From an uncultured beta proteobacterium (GTDB lineage: Bacteria > Pseudomonadota > Gammaproteobacteria > Burkholderiales > Casimicrobiaceae), in the NCBI GenBank assembly GCA_963844005.1, contig CAWJMQ010000023.1, positions 156,350 through 220,349 on the forward strand: a stretch of DNA of 64,000 nt, read 5' to 3'. The stretch's first letter is position 1, and every line of letters begins with the position of its first letter. Of the stretch, positions 19,589 to 29,215 are shown piece after piece. The notes beneath the pieces were generated by a model, which made no database searches, was not told the DNA's origin, and saw only the letters and a list, made by a program, of their open reading frames with translations. The position numbers were made by a program, and so were the translations under genes.

Positions 19589-20575
19589 CTATGGAGCGAC
19601 GAAGCCGGCTTCGACCATCAGGCCCTTGTTCAGCGTGTCGTCCTCCTCGAGGAAGGTCAGCATGTCCTTGCCCGTAAGGAAGACAGGCTTGAGCGCCTGC
19701 TTTTCCATGTAGTCCTTGTACTCCGGCGTCTGCGTAAGCTTCTTGAACAGGTCGACGTAGAAGGCAACCTGATCGGGAGTGGCCTTGCCCGGAAGGAACA
19801 TGGCACGCAGCATGAGGTACTGCATGTCGAGCCCTTCTTCCTTGCACGTGGGAATGTCGTTCCACGACATCGTGTCGGTGACCTTCGTCTTGTAGGCGAT
19901 CCGTTCCTTGTCGAATACGCAGAGCGCACGGACCTGTCCGGCGCGCCACACTTCGAGATTCTCCGAAGGGTTGTTGACGTTGGCCGCGGTGTGATTGCCA
20001 ACGAGCTGGGTTGCCGCCTCGCCACCCGACTTGTAGGGCAAGTAGGCGAATTTCGCCCCGGTCTTCTTTTCCATGAACACAGTGAGAACGTGGTCCTCGC
20101 GCTTCGAGCCGGTGCCACCCATCTTGAAAGGCGGGTCGGCAGCTTTGGCCGCTGCCATGAACTCCTTCACCGATTTGTACGGTAGCGTCGTGTTGTCCCA
20201 CAACACGAATTCGTCCATCGCAATGACCGAGACCGGGGTCAGGTCGCGCCAGTTGAACGGAATCTTGGCGGCGAGCGGCAGCATGTAGATGAGCGAATAG
20301 GCGATGAGGACCTTGTTGGGGTCCCCTTCACTCGATTTCATGTACATCAGCGCCTCCGCGCCGGACGCACCGCCTTTGAGCGAGACGACCATCGGCTGCT
20401 TCATCAGGTTGTTCTTCTGGATGGCCGCCTGCATCATTCGCGCCATCTGGTCGGAGGCTCCACCGGCACCGGCGGCGACCACGATCTCGACGGGCTTGGT
20501 GGGCTCCCACGCGATGGCGGGTGCGCTCGCCAGCATGATCGCCAATGCGGCCGCCCTCTTGCAGAAATTGTTCAT
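19589..20575 (-). CDS. tctC: Tripartite tricarboxylate transporter substrate-binding protein (Bug/TctC family)
   Basis: Inside ORF 19589..20662. Start moved to the ATG at 20575 (MNNFCKRAAALAIMLASAPAIA signal peptide). Bug-family length and composition. Confidence 0.85.
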   Translation of the reverse strand: MNNFCKRAAALAIMLASAPAIAWEPTKPVEIVVAAGAGGASDQMARMMQAAIQKNNLMKQPMVVSLKGGASGAEALMYMKSSEGDPNKVLIAYSLIYMLPLAAKIPFNWRDLTPVSVIAMDEFVLWDNTTLPYKSVKEFMAAAKAADPPFKMGGTGSKREDHVLTVFMEKKTGAKFAYLPYKSGGEAATQLVGNHTAANVNNPSENLEVWRAGQVRALCVFDKERIAYKTKVTDTMSWNDIPTCKEEGLDMQYLMLRAMFLPGKATPDQVAFYVDLFKKLTQTPEYKDYMEKQALKPVFLTGKDMLTFLEEDDTLNKGLMVEAGFVAP

Positions 20576-20701
20576 TTTATGATCCTCCTCATGGCGTGCG
20601 GGTCGGCGCTTCAAGGTCCTGACTCGCGTGGTCCCGGGCATTCCTGCCTTGGTCATCAACACCTGTTGCGTTCGGAATGTTCCCCTCTTCCAATCAGGCG
20701 A

Positions 20702-21916
20702 TCATGCGGCGCGTCGTTGCGCCGCCGTCGTCTGGTTGCCGTTTTCCTGCAGATAAGACAGCGCCGCCCCCACGCCATTCTTCCTGTGCGGAACTTCGCA
20801 CGCGGCAAGTCCCATCTCGATCCCGCAAAGCGTTCCGCAGAGCATGAGGTCATTGAAGAACCCCAGATGCCCGATGCGGAATACGCCACCGGCGAGGCGG
20901 CCCAGCCCGGTACCGAGCGATAGGTCGTAACGCGCGAGGACTTCGCTCCGGAAGGCATCGGCGTCATGACCTTCGGGCATCATCACCGCCGTCAACGTGC
21001 CGCTGTACTCGGCCGGGTTGCGGCACAACACCTCGAGACCCCAGGCCCGGACTGCGCGTCGCGTCGCCTCCGCGTGACGCTGGTGACGCGCAAACACCGC
21101 CGGCAGGCCTTCTTCGCGCAGCATCGCGATCGCCTCGTGCAAGCCGTAGAGGAGGTTGGTCGCCGGCGTGGACGGGAAATAGCCTTGACGGTTCATCGCG
21201 ATGGTCTCGTCCCACCGCCAATACGCGCGCGGCAGCCGCGCTTCCTTGCTGGCGGCGAGCGCCTTTTCGCTGACCGCGTTGAACGAAAGACCCGGCGGCA
21301 ACATCAGCCCTTTTTGCGATCCTGCGACGGTCACGTCCACGCCCCACTCATCGTGGCGATAGTCGATCGAGCCCAGCGACGAAATCGTATCGACCATGAA
21401 CAGCGCCGGATGGCTGCTGCGATCGATCGCCTGCCGTACCGCCGCGATCCGGCTGGTGACGCCGGTCGACGTTTCGTTGTGGACGGCCAGCACCGCCTTG
21501 TAGCTGTGCGCGCGGTCTTCGGCGAGCTTGGCCTCGACCACCGCCGGGTCGACGCCGCTGCGCCAATCGCCCGGTACGAATTCGACCGCGAGGCCGAGCT
21601 TCTCGGCCATGCGCCGCCACAGCGTTGCAAAATGTCCCGTCTCGAACATCAACACGCGGTCGCCCGGCGACAGCGTGTTGACCAGGGCCGCCTCCCAGGC
21701 GCCGGTCCCGGATGCGGGGTAGATGATGACGGGGCTCGCGGTCTGAAAGATGTCCTTCAGGCCATCAAGGATCTCGAGGGTCAGTCGGCCGAACTCCGGG
21801 CCGCGGTGGTCGATCGTCGGTTGGTCGATCGCGCGCAGCACGCGGTCGGGCACGTTCGTCGGTCCGGGAATCTGCAGGAAATGGCGGCCGGACGGATGCG
21901 AATCGAGCTGGAACAT
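20702..21916 (-). CDS. Class V aminotransferase (serine-glyoxylate / serine-pyruvate aminotransferase-like)
   Basis: 404-aa ORF. PLP-lysine context (VAGSQKGLMLPPG) and an AGXT-like N-terminus (HFLQIPGPTNVPDRVLRA). Confidence 0.85.
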   Translation of the reverse strand: MFQLDSHPSGRHFLQIPGPTNVPDRVLRAIDQPTIDHRGPEFGRLTLEILDGLKDIFQTASPVIIYPASGTGAWEAALVNTLSPGDRVLMFETGHFATLWRRMAEKLGLAVEFVPGDWRSGVDPAVVEAKLAEDRAHSYKAVLAVHNETSTGVTSRIAAVRQAIDRSSHPALFMVDTISSLGSIDYRHDEWGVDVTVAGSQKGLMLPPGLSFNAVSEKALAASKEARLPRAYWRWDETIAMNRQGYFPSTPATNLLYGLHEAIAMLREEGLPAVFARHQRHAEATRRAVRAWGLEVLCRNPAEYSGTLTAVMMPEGHDADAFRSEVLARYDLSLGTGLGRLAGGVFRIGHLGFFNDLMLCGTLCGIEMGLAACEVPHRKNGVGAALSYLQENGNQTTAAQRRAA

Positions 21917-22101
21917 GAGTTGCCCCCTTCGATGAGCGGCGACTGCATCGGCCCCCGTTCTTCGTATGCGAGGCTCATTTTATAGGCATTCCGTCATCGG
22001 TGCCGAGCCCGTGTGTCTGCGAAAATTGTTGCATTTGGGATTTTCGTACAGAATCCCTTGAATTCAACGAAGAATCCGAGCGTCCCGCAAACGACGCCGC
22101 T

Positions 22102-25100
22102 ATGCAACCGCAGCGATTCCATCCGCCTCGAGCCGACAGCGAGCTTGCACGGCGGCTTCGCGACGCCGTTGCAGGCGACGTGCTCTTCGATCGCGCGTCA
22201 CGTGGCCGGTACTCGACGGATGCGTCGATCTACCAGGTCGAACCCATCGGCGTGCTGGTGCCGAAGACCGTCGACGATGTGCGTACGGCGATCGCCCTCT
22301 GCCGCGAGCAGAAGATCCCCGTGCTGCCGCGCGGAGCCGGGAGTTCGCAGTGCGGCCAGACCGTCGGCGCCGCACTGGTCATCGACCACAGCAAGCATCT
22401 GTCCCGTATTGGTGCCTTCGACCGCGCAGCGATGACCGTCGACGTCGAGCCCGGGGCTGTCCTGGACCAGCTCAACGCGTTTCTCAAGCCGCACGGACTC
22501 TGGTTTCCGGTCGACGTCAGCACGTCGGCGCAGGCGACGCTGGGCGGCATGGCCGGCAACAACTCCTGCGGTTCCCGCTCGATCGCCTACGGCAACATGG
22601 TGCACAACGTGGTCGCGATCGACGCGATCCTGTCGGACGGCACCGAGGCGCGGTTCGGTCCCGCCCAGGAGATGGGCGCAGTGCCGCCACGAATCGGGGA
22701 ACTCTTGCGCGACGTCGATGCGATCGGCGAACGCGAGCATGACGAGATCGAACGCAGGGTGCCGAGGGTGATGCGCCGCGTCGGCGGCTACAACGTCGAC
22801 GTCTTCCATCCGCAGAGCGAGCGGCCATACACCACCGATCGCGCCATCAACTACGCGCATTTGCTGGTCGGCAGCGAAGGGACGCTCGCGTGGATGCGCG
22901 AACTCACGTTGAAGCTCGCGCCACTGCCTGCGCACCGCGTGCTGGGCGTCGTCAACTTTCCGACGCTGCACAAGGCGATGGAGTCCGCGCGCCACCTGGT
23001 AGGGCTGAGGCCCTCGGCCGTCGAGCTCGTCGATCGGACGATGATCGGGCTCGCACGCGGCAATCCGGCGTTTCGTCCCGTCATCGATCGTGCGCTGATC
23101 GGCGAGCCCGACGCGATCCTGCTCGTGGAATTCATCGGCGAGACACGTGACGATCCCGTAGGCCGCCTCGCCGATCTCGTCGCGTTGATGGGCGACCTGG
23201 GCCTGCCGGGAAGCGTGGTCGAGATGACCGACGCTGGCACGCAAAAGGCATTGTGGGAGGTGCGCAAGGCCGGGCTCAACATCATGATGAGCCTGAGGGG
23301 CGACGGCAAGCCGGTATCGTTCATCGAAGATTGCGCGGTGCCGCTCGAGCATCTGGCCGAATACGTCGACCGGCTGACCCGGGTATTCGAAAGGCATGGC
23401 ACTCGCGGCACCTGGTACGCGCACGCGTCGGTCGGCACGCTGCACGTGCGGCCAATCCTCGACATGCGCCGCGACGGTGGAACCAAGATGCGCGCTATCG
23501 CGGAGGAAGCGAGCGCGCTGGTGCGCGAATACAAGGGCGCGTTCTCGGGTGAGCACGGCGATGGCCTCGTGCGCAGCGAATGGGTAGGGTGGCAATTCGG
23601 CCCGCGCCTGACGCGCGCGTTCGAGGAGATCAAGGACCGTTTCGATCCCGCGGGGCTGATGAACCCCGGCAAGATCGTCCACTCGACGCGAATGGACGAT
23701 GCGTCGCTGTTCCGCTTTCCTCCGGGGCATCGGACGCAGGCGCTGGCGACGGCCCTCGACTGGTCGGCCTGGGACGTGCAGAGCGACCCCGTGGCCGGCA
23801 CGTTGACGCGGCCCGGTACCGGCGGCGATCCCGCCGGCGGCTTCGCCAAGGCCGTCGAGATGTGCAACAACAACGGCCACTGCCGCAAGTTCGACGCGGG
23901 AACGATGTGCCCGAGCTACCGCGTGACGCGCGACGAGGAGCATCTGACCCGCGGCCGCGCGAATACGCTGCGCCTCGCGCTGTCCGGACAGCTGGGCGCC
24001 GACGCGCTCACTTCCGAGCCCGTGCGCGCGGCGCTGGATCTCTGCGTGAGCTGCAAGGGCTGCCGCCGCGAATGCCCGACCGGCGTCGACATGGCGAAGA
24101 TGAAGATCGAGGTCCTGTATCACCGGCAGCGCGCGCATGGACTCTCATCCAGGGATCGTCTCGTCGCGAATCTGCCGCGATGGGCCCCGTGGGCGGCGCG
24201 GATGCCATGGGTCGCCAATCTGCGCAACACGCTACCCGGCGCGGCGGGGCTGGGCGAATCGTGGATGGGCTTCGCGGCGCAGCGCACGCTGCCGCAATGG
24301 CGGAGTGATACGTATCTGCGCGGCACGCCGGCACGCGACGATGCAGTTGCGAATGCAGACGTCGTGTTTTTCGCCGATACGTTCACCAACTACTTCGAGC
24401 CGGAGAATGCGCATGCAGCCGTCAAGGTGTTGCGCGCGGCCGGCTATCGCGTGCGCATCGCGCGTGCCGTGGAAACGGATGCGACTCCGTCACGGCCGCT
24501 CTGCTGCGGTCGGACCTACCTCGCGGCCGGCCTCGTCGACGAGGCGCGGAGCGAGGCGCGCCGCGTCGTCGCCGCGCTGGCGCCACATGCCGAGCGCGGC
24601 GGCGCGATCGTCGGCCTCGAGCCGTCGTGCCTGTTGTCGCTGCGCGACGAGTTCCTGGTGATGGGGTTGGGTGAAGCTGCGCACCGTCTATCGGAAAACG
24701 CCTTCCTCATCGAAGAGTTCCTGGCACGCGAGCACCGCGCCGGACGTCTCGATCTGCCGCTCGCCCCGCTCCCGCAAAAGCGCGCGCTGCTTCACGCGCA
24801 CTGCCATCAGAAGGCGTTCGACGCCGTCGCGCCCATTCAACAGGTGCTGGCGCTGATCCCGAATCTCGCCGTCGATCTCGTCGAATCGAGCTGCTGCGGG
24901 ATGGCGGGGAGTTTCGGCTACGACGCGGCGCACTACGACGTGTCGGTCAGGATGGCCGAACTCGCGCTGATGCCGGCGGTGCGGGCGGCGGCGGCGGACA
25001 CGCTCATCATCGCCGACGGCACGAGCTGCCGGCACCAGATCGAGGACCTCTCGCGCGGCACGGGGAGGCGCGAGGCCGTCCACGCGATTCGCGTGCTGGA

Positions 25101-25125
25101 GCGCGCTTTGGCCGCCACGCAATAA
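22102..25125 (+). CDS. FAD-binding oxidase fused to Fe-S/CCG-domain oxidoreductase (YdiJ-like 2-hydroxyacid dehydrogenase)
   Basis: Inside ORF 22000..25125, ATG at 22102. N-terminal FAD PCMH domain (PRGAGSSQCGQ), central 4Fe-4S cysteine motifs (CNNNGHCRKFDAGTMCP, CVSCKGCRRECP), and C-terminal CCG repeats (SCCGMAG). Confidence 0.85.
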   Translation: MQPQRFHPPRADSELARRLRDAVAGDVLFDRASRGRYSTDASIYQVEPIGVLVPKTVDDVRTAIALCREQKIPVLPRGAGSSQCGQTVGAALVIDHSKHLSRIGAFDRAAMTVDVEPGAVLDQLNAFLKPHGLWFPVDVSTSAQATLGGMAGNNSCGSRSIAYGNMVHNVVAIDAILSDGTEARFGPAQEMGAVPPRIGELLRDVDAIGEREHDEIERRVPRVMRRVGGYNVDVFHPQSERPYTTDRAINYAHLLVGSEGTLAWMRELTLKLAPLPAHRVLGVVNFPTLHKAMESARHLVGLRPSAVELVDRTMIGLARGNPAFRPVIDRALIGEPDAILLVEFIGETRDDPVGRLADLVALMGDLGLPGSVVEMTDAGTQKALWEVRKAGLNIMMSLRGDGKPVSFIEDCAVPLEHLAEYVDRLTRVFERHGTRGTWYAHASVGTLHVRPILDMRRDGGTKMRAIAEEASALVREYKGAFSGEHGDGLVRSEWVGWQFGPRLTRAFEEIKDRFDPAGLMNPGKIVHSTRMDDASLFRFPPGHRTQALATALDWSAWDVQSDPVAGTLTRPGTGGDPAGGFAKAVEMCNNNGHCRKFDAGTMCPSYRVTRDEEHLTRGRANTLRLALSGQLGADALTSEPVRAALDLCVSCKGCRRECPTGVDMAKMKIEVLYHRQRAHGLSSRDRLVANLPRWAPWAARMPWVANLRNTLPGAAGLGESWMGFAAQRTLPQWRSDTYLRGTPARDDAVANADVVFFADTFTNYFEPENAHAAVKVLRAAGYRVRIARAVETDATPSRPLCCGRTYLAAGLVDEARSEARRVVAALAPHAERGGAIVGLEPSCLLSLRDEFLVMGLGEAAHRLSENAFLIEEFLAREHRAGRLDLPLAPLPQKRALLHAHCHQKAFDAVAPIQQVLALIPNLAVDLVESSCCGMAGSFGYDAAHYDVSVRMAELALMPAVRAAAADTLIIADGTSCRHQIEDLSRGTGRREAVHAIRVLERALAATQ

Positions 25126-25130
25126 CCGCC

Positions 25131-25155
25131 CGGGCGCGCAACGCCTGCGCGCCCG
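25131..25155. terminator. GC-rich hairpin between convergent genes (bidirectional terminator candidate)
   Basis: CGGGCGCGCA-ACGCC-TGCGCGCCCG: a perfect 10-bp stem with a 5-nt loop, 6 nt after the stop at 25125. There is no clear U-run. Confidence 0.5.
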
Positions 25156-25195
25156 AGTTGCGCGGCCCCTCAGCCACCGAGTTTCCGGACCAGCC

Positions 25196-25546
25196 TCACG
25201 CCGGAATCGTCTTTGTCCAGAGCTCCATGCGCTCCATGATTCCCGCGCCCGTAACCCCGCGGACGTGACCTGAACCCTCCAGATGCAATGCGGCGCGGGT
25301 CATGTGCGTCACCCACTCGGGGCTCGACAGCAGTGCATCGAGCTTTGCGTTGTCGGCGCGGATCAGGAAAAATCCGTTTAAGTCGCCGCCGTGAGCATCG
25401 AGGAAAACCGCTTCGGAGGACTGGATCGCACCCTTTTGCTGCAGGCCCGCGAGGTACTGAACGAATTGCTGGAAGTGTTCGGCGCTGATGCGTTCGCGAC
25501 CGGGGATCGAACGGTTCCACGCAAAGAAGACGAGGTTGGTGCCCAT
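25196..25546 (-). CDS. Hypothetical protein (116 aa)
   Basis: Inside ORF 25196..25624. The ATG at 25546 is preceded by AAGGAGG. I recognise no family. Confidence 0.55.
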   Translation of the reverse strand: MGTNLVFFAWNRSIPGRERISAEHFQQFVQYLAGLQQKGAIQSSEAVFLDAHGGDLNGFFLIRADNAKLDALLSSPEWVTHMTRAALHLEGSGHVRGVTGAGIMERMELWTKTIPA

Positions 25547-25613
25547 AACAGTTCCTCCTTTTTGGTTGAACGACGGGACAACGACAACATCGGTCAGTGC
25601 TTTCGGCGGCTCC

Positions 25614-26570
25614 TTACGCTCCACTCATCGCGGATTGTGCTGCGCGAATACGCGCCAGACAATAGCCGGACAAATCGGTGAATCCGAGCGCGAACACGTA
25701 AAGGCGGTAGGCCAGCGCCATGCTGAATCGCGACACTTGCGTCGCGAGGATGAGAAACACGCGGCCTGCCATCCGGAACAGCGGGAATAGCAGCCGCGCG
25801 GTCCAGAGCCTGTTCGCGAACAGATACACCTTGTGCCGAACCCGCGCACGGATGTCTTGGCCATTGGAGAGCAGGGTGTTGTAATAGCTGAACTTCGCCG
25901 CACCGGCGGTCATGACAAGTTGCCGCCACAGGGCGACAGACATGTCGTTGTAGTGCGTCGCCAAGGGTTCGTGGAACCTGCCGATCGCGATGCCTTCGTC
26001 GAGCGCGCGATGGAACAGCGCCGTCTCGCTGAAGCGAAGGTGGCGCGCATCGAATCCGCCCAGACGCTCGAACAGACTCCGCGTGATGACATTGGTCGCG
26101 CCCAGCGAGAAGACGCCATTGGTGTCCGCCCGCCGTTCGTGACGCAGGTTGTGCAAGGAAATGAGGCTGCCCAGCGGGGACTCGCCGCGGTTGATCCTCG
26201 GCGCCCAGGCAATCTCCGTCCCGGGGTGCAGTTGAAAATGCGCGGCGATGGTCGCGCAGCAATTGTTCGCGAGCACCGTGTGCCCCTCCATGAAGAAGAG
26301 CACGTCTCCCGTGGACCGTTCGTACCCCGCCCGGAAAAGCTGTATCTCGTTTGCGACATCGTCCGTGTCGAAATCGGTGCGGACGACGGTATCGCACCGG
26401 GCCAGCAGAGCAGTGACTGCCGGATCGTCCATTCCGCCGTCGATCCCTCTTCCCGCAACTGCGACAACCTCGTATTGGTCCCGGGGATACGCCTGCCCGA
26501 CCGCGGACTCCAGCGATTTCCACCCGGCGTTGCGGCGATCGAACAGCGGCAGAATCATCGATAGCTTCAC
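25614..26570 (-). CDS. Glycosyltransferase family 2-like protein
   Basis: 318-aa ORF with a GTG start. N-terminus KLSMILPLFDRRN resembles the GT2 beta-1 strand. Has an acidic DFDTDD patch and a hydrophobic C-terminal tail. Confidence 0.7.
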   Translation of the reverse strand: MKLSMILPLFDRRNAGWKSLESAVGQAYPRDQYEVVAVAGRGIDGGMDDPAVTALLARCDTVVRTDFDTDDVANEIQLFRAGYERSTGDVLFFMEGHTVLANNCCATIAAHFQLHPGTEIAWAPRINRGESPLGSLISLHNLRHERRADTNGVFSLGATNVITRSLFERLGGFDARHLRFSETALFHRALDEGIAIGRFHEPLATHYNDMSVALWRQLVMTAGAAKFSYYNTLLSNGQDIRARVRHKVYLFANRLWTARLLFPLFRMAGRVFLILATQVSRFSMALAYRLYVFALGFTDLSGYCLARIRAAQSAMSGA

Positions 26571-26576
26571 GTTCGG

Positions 26577-26846
26577 CTACCTAGACAACACTTGTACTGG
26601 GAGATAGTTGGTCTCCACATTGTGCGCGTGGAGGTACTCGCCTGGTGCAATCGCCAAGATCGCGATGCCGATCGGGCAGCCGTACTTGACGACGACCTCG
26701 CCTTTCGCGATGGCCCGGGCGGCGAACTTGTGGCCGACGGCGATATTGCGCGCGATGGTGATCGCGGCACCGTCGAGCGTGACCGTTTCGCCGGCTTTGA
26801 GCGGCCGCAGCGCGACACCGACGTTGTCCGGCGGCGACATCCGCAT
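26577..26846 (-). CDS. Stand-alone SAF domain protein (UxaA/GarD N-terminal domain-like)
   Basis: ORF 26577..26882. I prefer the ATG at 26846 (MRMSPPDNVGVALRPLKAGE), which parallels the N-terminus of the GarD-like protein at 11102. No UxaA C-domain gene is adjacent. Confidence 0.65.
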   Translation of the reverse strand: MRMSPPDNVGVALRPLKAGETVTLDGAAITIARNIAVGHKFAARAIAKGEVVVKYGCPIGIAILAIAPGEYLHAHNVETNYLPVQVLSR

Positions 26847-26868
26847 CGCCGCACGCGTGGCGCGCGGG

Positions 26869-27516
26869 TCAGAACTTCCCATACCTGTTGTACGCCTCGA
26901 CGGGATCCATGCCGCCGATGAGCGCGCGGCGCATGTCGGTCTCCGTCGCGACGACTTCCTCGGTCCTGGTGACGACCTCTTCGGCGAGCGCGCGCGGGAT
27001 GATCACGACGCCGTCGCGGTCGCCCAGCAGATAGTCGCCGGTCACGATGGTGACAGTGCCGATCGTGACAGGCTCGCCGTACCGGTCCGGAATCCACCGC
27101 TCGACGATGTCGGAGGGTGTGAGAAACGAGCAGAACACGGGGAAGCCCTGTGCCAGGACCAGGTCGGTGTCGCGCGAACCGCCGTCGACGACGTAGCCCG
27201 GTACGTCGCGCGCCTTCAGCGTCTGTGCGGACAGTTCGCCCATCAGCGCCACCTCGTGATTGTTGGGCTGGCACACGATCACGTGGCCGGGCGGCGCCTT
27301 CGCGAGCAGCGTGCACCAGCCGAGCAGCGTCTCGTGCCGCGTCTTCGTGCGGTCGATGTGGCCCGAGACCGTCCATACCGGGCCGGCGAGCCTCGTCCCG
27401 GGCGAGATGGCCTTGATCTCCGGCGGGAGAACGATGTTCTCGTGTCCCATCATCCGCAGCACGTCGTGCACGGCGCCGGTGTAGCATCGTGCGAGCCGTT
27501 CGGTCAGCGATCCCAC
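26869..27516 (-). CDS. RraA family protein (4-hydroxy-4-methyl-2-oxoglutarate aldolase/oxaloacetate decarboxylase-like)
   Basis: 215-aa ORF. GTG start with GGAGAG 6 nt upstream. RraA-like core (GELSAQTLKARDVPGYVVDGGSRD). Confidence 0.8.
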   Translation of the reverse strand: MGSLTERLARCYTGAVHDVLRMMGHENIVLPPEIKAISPGTRLAGPVWTVSGHIDRTKTRHETLLGWCTLLAKAPPGHVIVCQPNNHEVALMGELSAQTLKARDVPGYVVDGGSRDTDLVLAQGFPVFCSFLTPSDIVERWIPDRYGEPVTIGTVTIVTGDYLLGDRDGVVIIPRALAEEVVTRTEEVVATETDMRRALIGGMDPVEAYNRYGKF

Positions 27517-27529
27517 GGATGCTCTCCGA

Positions 27530-28633
27530 TCAACGGAACAGGTCGAGCTGGCCCGCTGCGTTTGCGCCGGGAGGGCGAAAGCCGGACGTGTCGAGCGGCG
27601 CGTCGCGATCCGTGTTGAGGTCGAGCCGCTTGCACGCGAGCGCGAAACGCCTTCGGACGAGATCCGCGAACTCGCCCTGGCCGCCCATGCGAACGCCGAA
27701 CCGCGGCTCGTTGTCGCGCCCGCCGCGGATCTGCCGCACGATGCTCATCACGTGTGTCGCGCGCAGCGGGTAATGCAACGCAAGCCAATCGCGGAAGATC
27801 GGGGCGACCTCGAGCGGCAGCCGCAACATCGTCCACGCGGCGTGACGCGCGCCGCAGGCGGCCGCCGCCTCGAGGATCGACTCGAGCTCGTGGTCGGTGA
27901 GTTGTGGAATCACCGGCGCGACGTTGACGCCCACCGGCACGCCCGCGTCGCTCAACGCCTTGACGATCTGCAGTCGGCGGTGCGGCGCGGCGGCCCGCGG
28001 GTCGAGCTTGCGGGCGAGCTCCCGATCGAGCATCGCGATCGAGATGAACACGCGCACGAGCCCCCTTTCCGCCATCGGCGCAAGAAGGTCGAGGTCGCGT
28101 TCGATGAGGGCGCCCTTGGTGGTGATCGTCAGCGGATGACCGCATTCGGCGAGCACCTCGATCACGGACCTCGTGATCTTCCATTCGCGCTCGATCGGCT
28201 GATAGGGATCGGTGTTGGCGCCCAGCGCGATGGGTTCGCAGCGGTACCCGGGTTTCGCGAGCTCGGCGCGCAACAGCGCGGCGGCATTGGGCTTCGCGAA
28301 GAGCTTGGTTTCGAAATCGAGCCCCGGCGAGAGATCGAGATACGCATGCGTCGGCCGCGCGTAGCAATAGACGCAGCCGTGCTCGCAGCCCTGGTACGGG
28401 TTGATCGACTGGGTGAACGGGATGTCCGGCGACTGGTTGCGGCTGATGATTGTGCGAGCCGGTTGGATTCGCACGACGGTCTTGAGCGGCGGGAGGGTGT
28501 CGACCCCGTCGCCTTGATCGGGCGCGACCCAGCCGTCGTCGACCGCCTCGCGCTGCTCGCGACGGAAGCGATTGGCCGGGTTGAAGGTCGCACCCCGACC
28601 CTTCACCGGTGTGGCGGGAGCAGCCACGGACAC
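27530..28633 (-). CDS. Radical SAM protein, PA0069/SplB-like family
   Basis: 367-aa ORF. N-terminal KGRGATFNPANRF and the CxxxCxxC cluster motif (CEHGCVYCY). Confidence 0.85.
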   Translation of the reverse strand: MSVAAPATPVKGRGATFNPANRFRREQREAVDDGWVAPDQGDGVDTLPPLKTVVRIQPARTIISRNQSPDIPFTQSINPYQGCEHGCVYCYARPTHAYLDLSPGLDFETKLFAKPNAAALLRAELAKPGYRCEPIALGANTDPYQPIEREWKITRSVIEVLAECGHPLTITTKGALIERDLDLLAPMAERGLVRVFISIAMLDRELARKLDPRAAAPHRRLQIVKALSDAGVPVGVNVAPVIPQLTDHELESILEAAAACGARHAAWTMLRLPLEVAPIFRDWLALHYPLRATHVMSIVRQIRGGRDNEPRFGVRMGGQGEFADLVRRRFALACKRLDLNTDRDAPLDTSGFRPPGANAAGQLDLFR

Positions 28634-28643
28634 CTTTCCGGGC

Positions 28644-29075
28644 TCAGGATGCGAGCACGGCGTCCAGCGTGACGACGATCGACGGGGAGAGCGCTCGCGA
28701 GATCACGCAATTGACTTTGGCATTGGACGCGATCTCGGCGAACTGCGCGTTGGCAAGTCCAGGCACCTGCGCGCGGGTCACCAGGTGGACGGCCGTCACG
28801 GTGGGTTTGCCGTCGACCGTGTCCATCGTGAGCTGCGCCTCGGTCTCGATCGCCGTCGCGGTGAAGCCCGAATTGTTCAACGTGAACGAGAGCGCCATCG
28901 TGAAGCAGCCCGCGTGCGCGGCGGCGACAAGTTCCTCCGGATTCGTCCCCTTGCCGTCGCCGAAGCGGGCCTTGAACGAGTACGGCGTGTCGCGGAGCGT
29001 GCCGCTCTGGACCGAAAGCGTACCGCTGCCCTCTTGCGTGGAGCCCTGCCAGCGGGCGGATGCCTTGCGTTGCAT
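28644..29075 (-). CDS. OsmC family peroxiredoxin
   Basis: Inside ORF 28644..29162, ATG at 29075 (MQRKASARWQG). OsmC motifs (NPEELVAAAHAGCF, NCVISRAL). Confidence 0.85.
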   Translation of the reverse strand: MQRKASARWQGSTQEGSGTLSVQSGTLRDTPYSFKARFGDGKGTNPEELVAAAHAGCFTMALSFTLNNSGFTATAIETEAQLTMDTVDGKPTVTAVHLVTRAQVPGLANAQFAEIASNAKVNCVISRALSPSIVVTLDAVLAS

Positions 29076-29215
29076 GGTCGTATCCTCGTTTTGTTGCGGG
29101 ACCGCCATTTTAGTCCAGAGCGGACGAGTCTGGCAGCCATCAACGTGGGCCCACCGGTGCATGCGCTACCATACCGCGTCGTGCCCGCCCGTACGCGACC
29201 CCCACCACGCCCGCG

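Noticed and set aside
22037-22057. Inverted repeat GGGATT-N9-AATCCC in the divergent region between the aminotransferase and YdiJ-like genes, near a TTGCAT box
   Set aside because: The arms are only 6 bp and could arise by chance. No cognate regulator gene is adjacent.
29076-29215. SAM-responsive riboswitch upstream of metY
   Set aside because: I saw no conserved SAM-I, SAM-II or SAM-V-like sequence blocks or pseudoknot potential by eye. It would need cmsearch to exclude formally.
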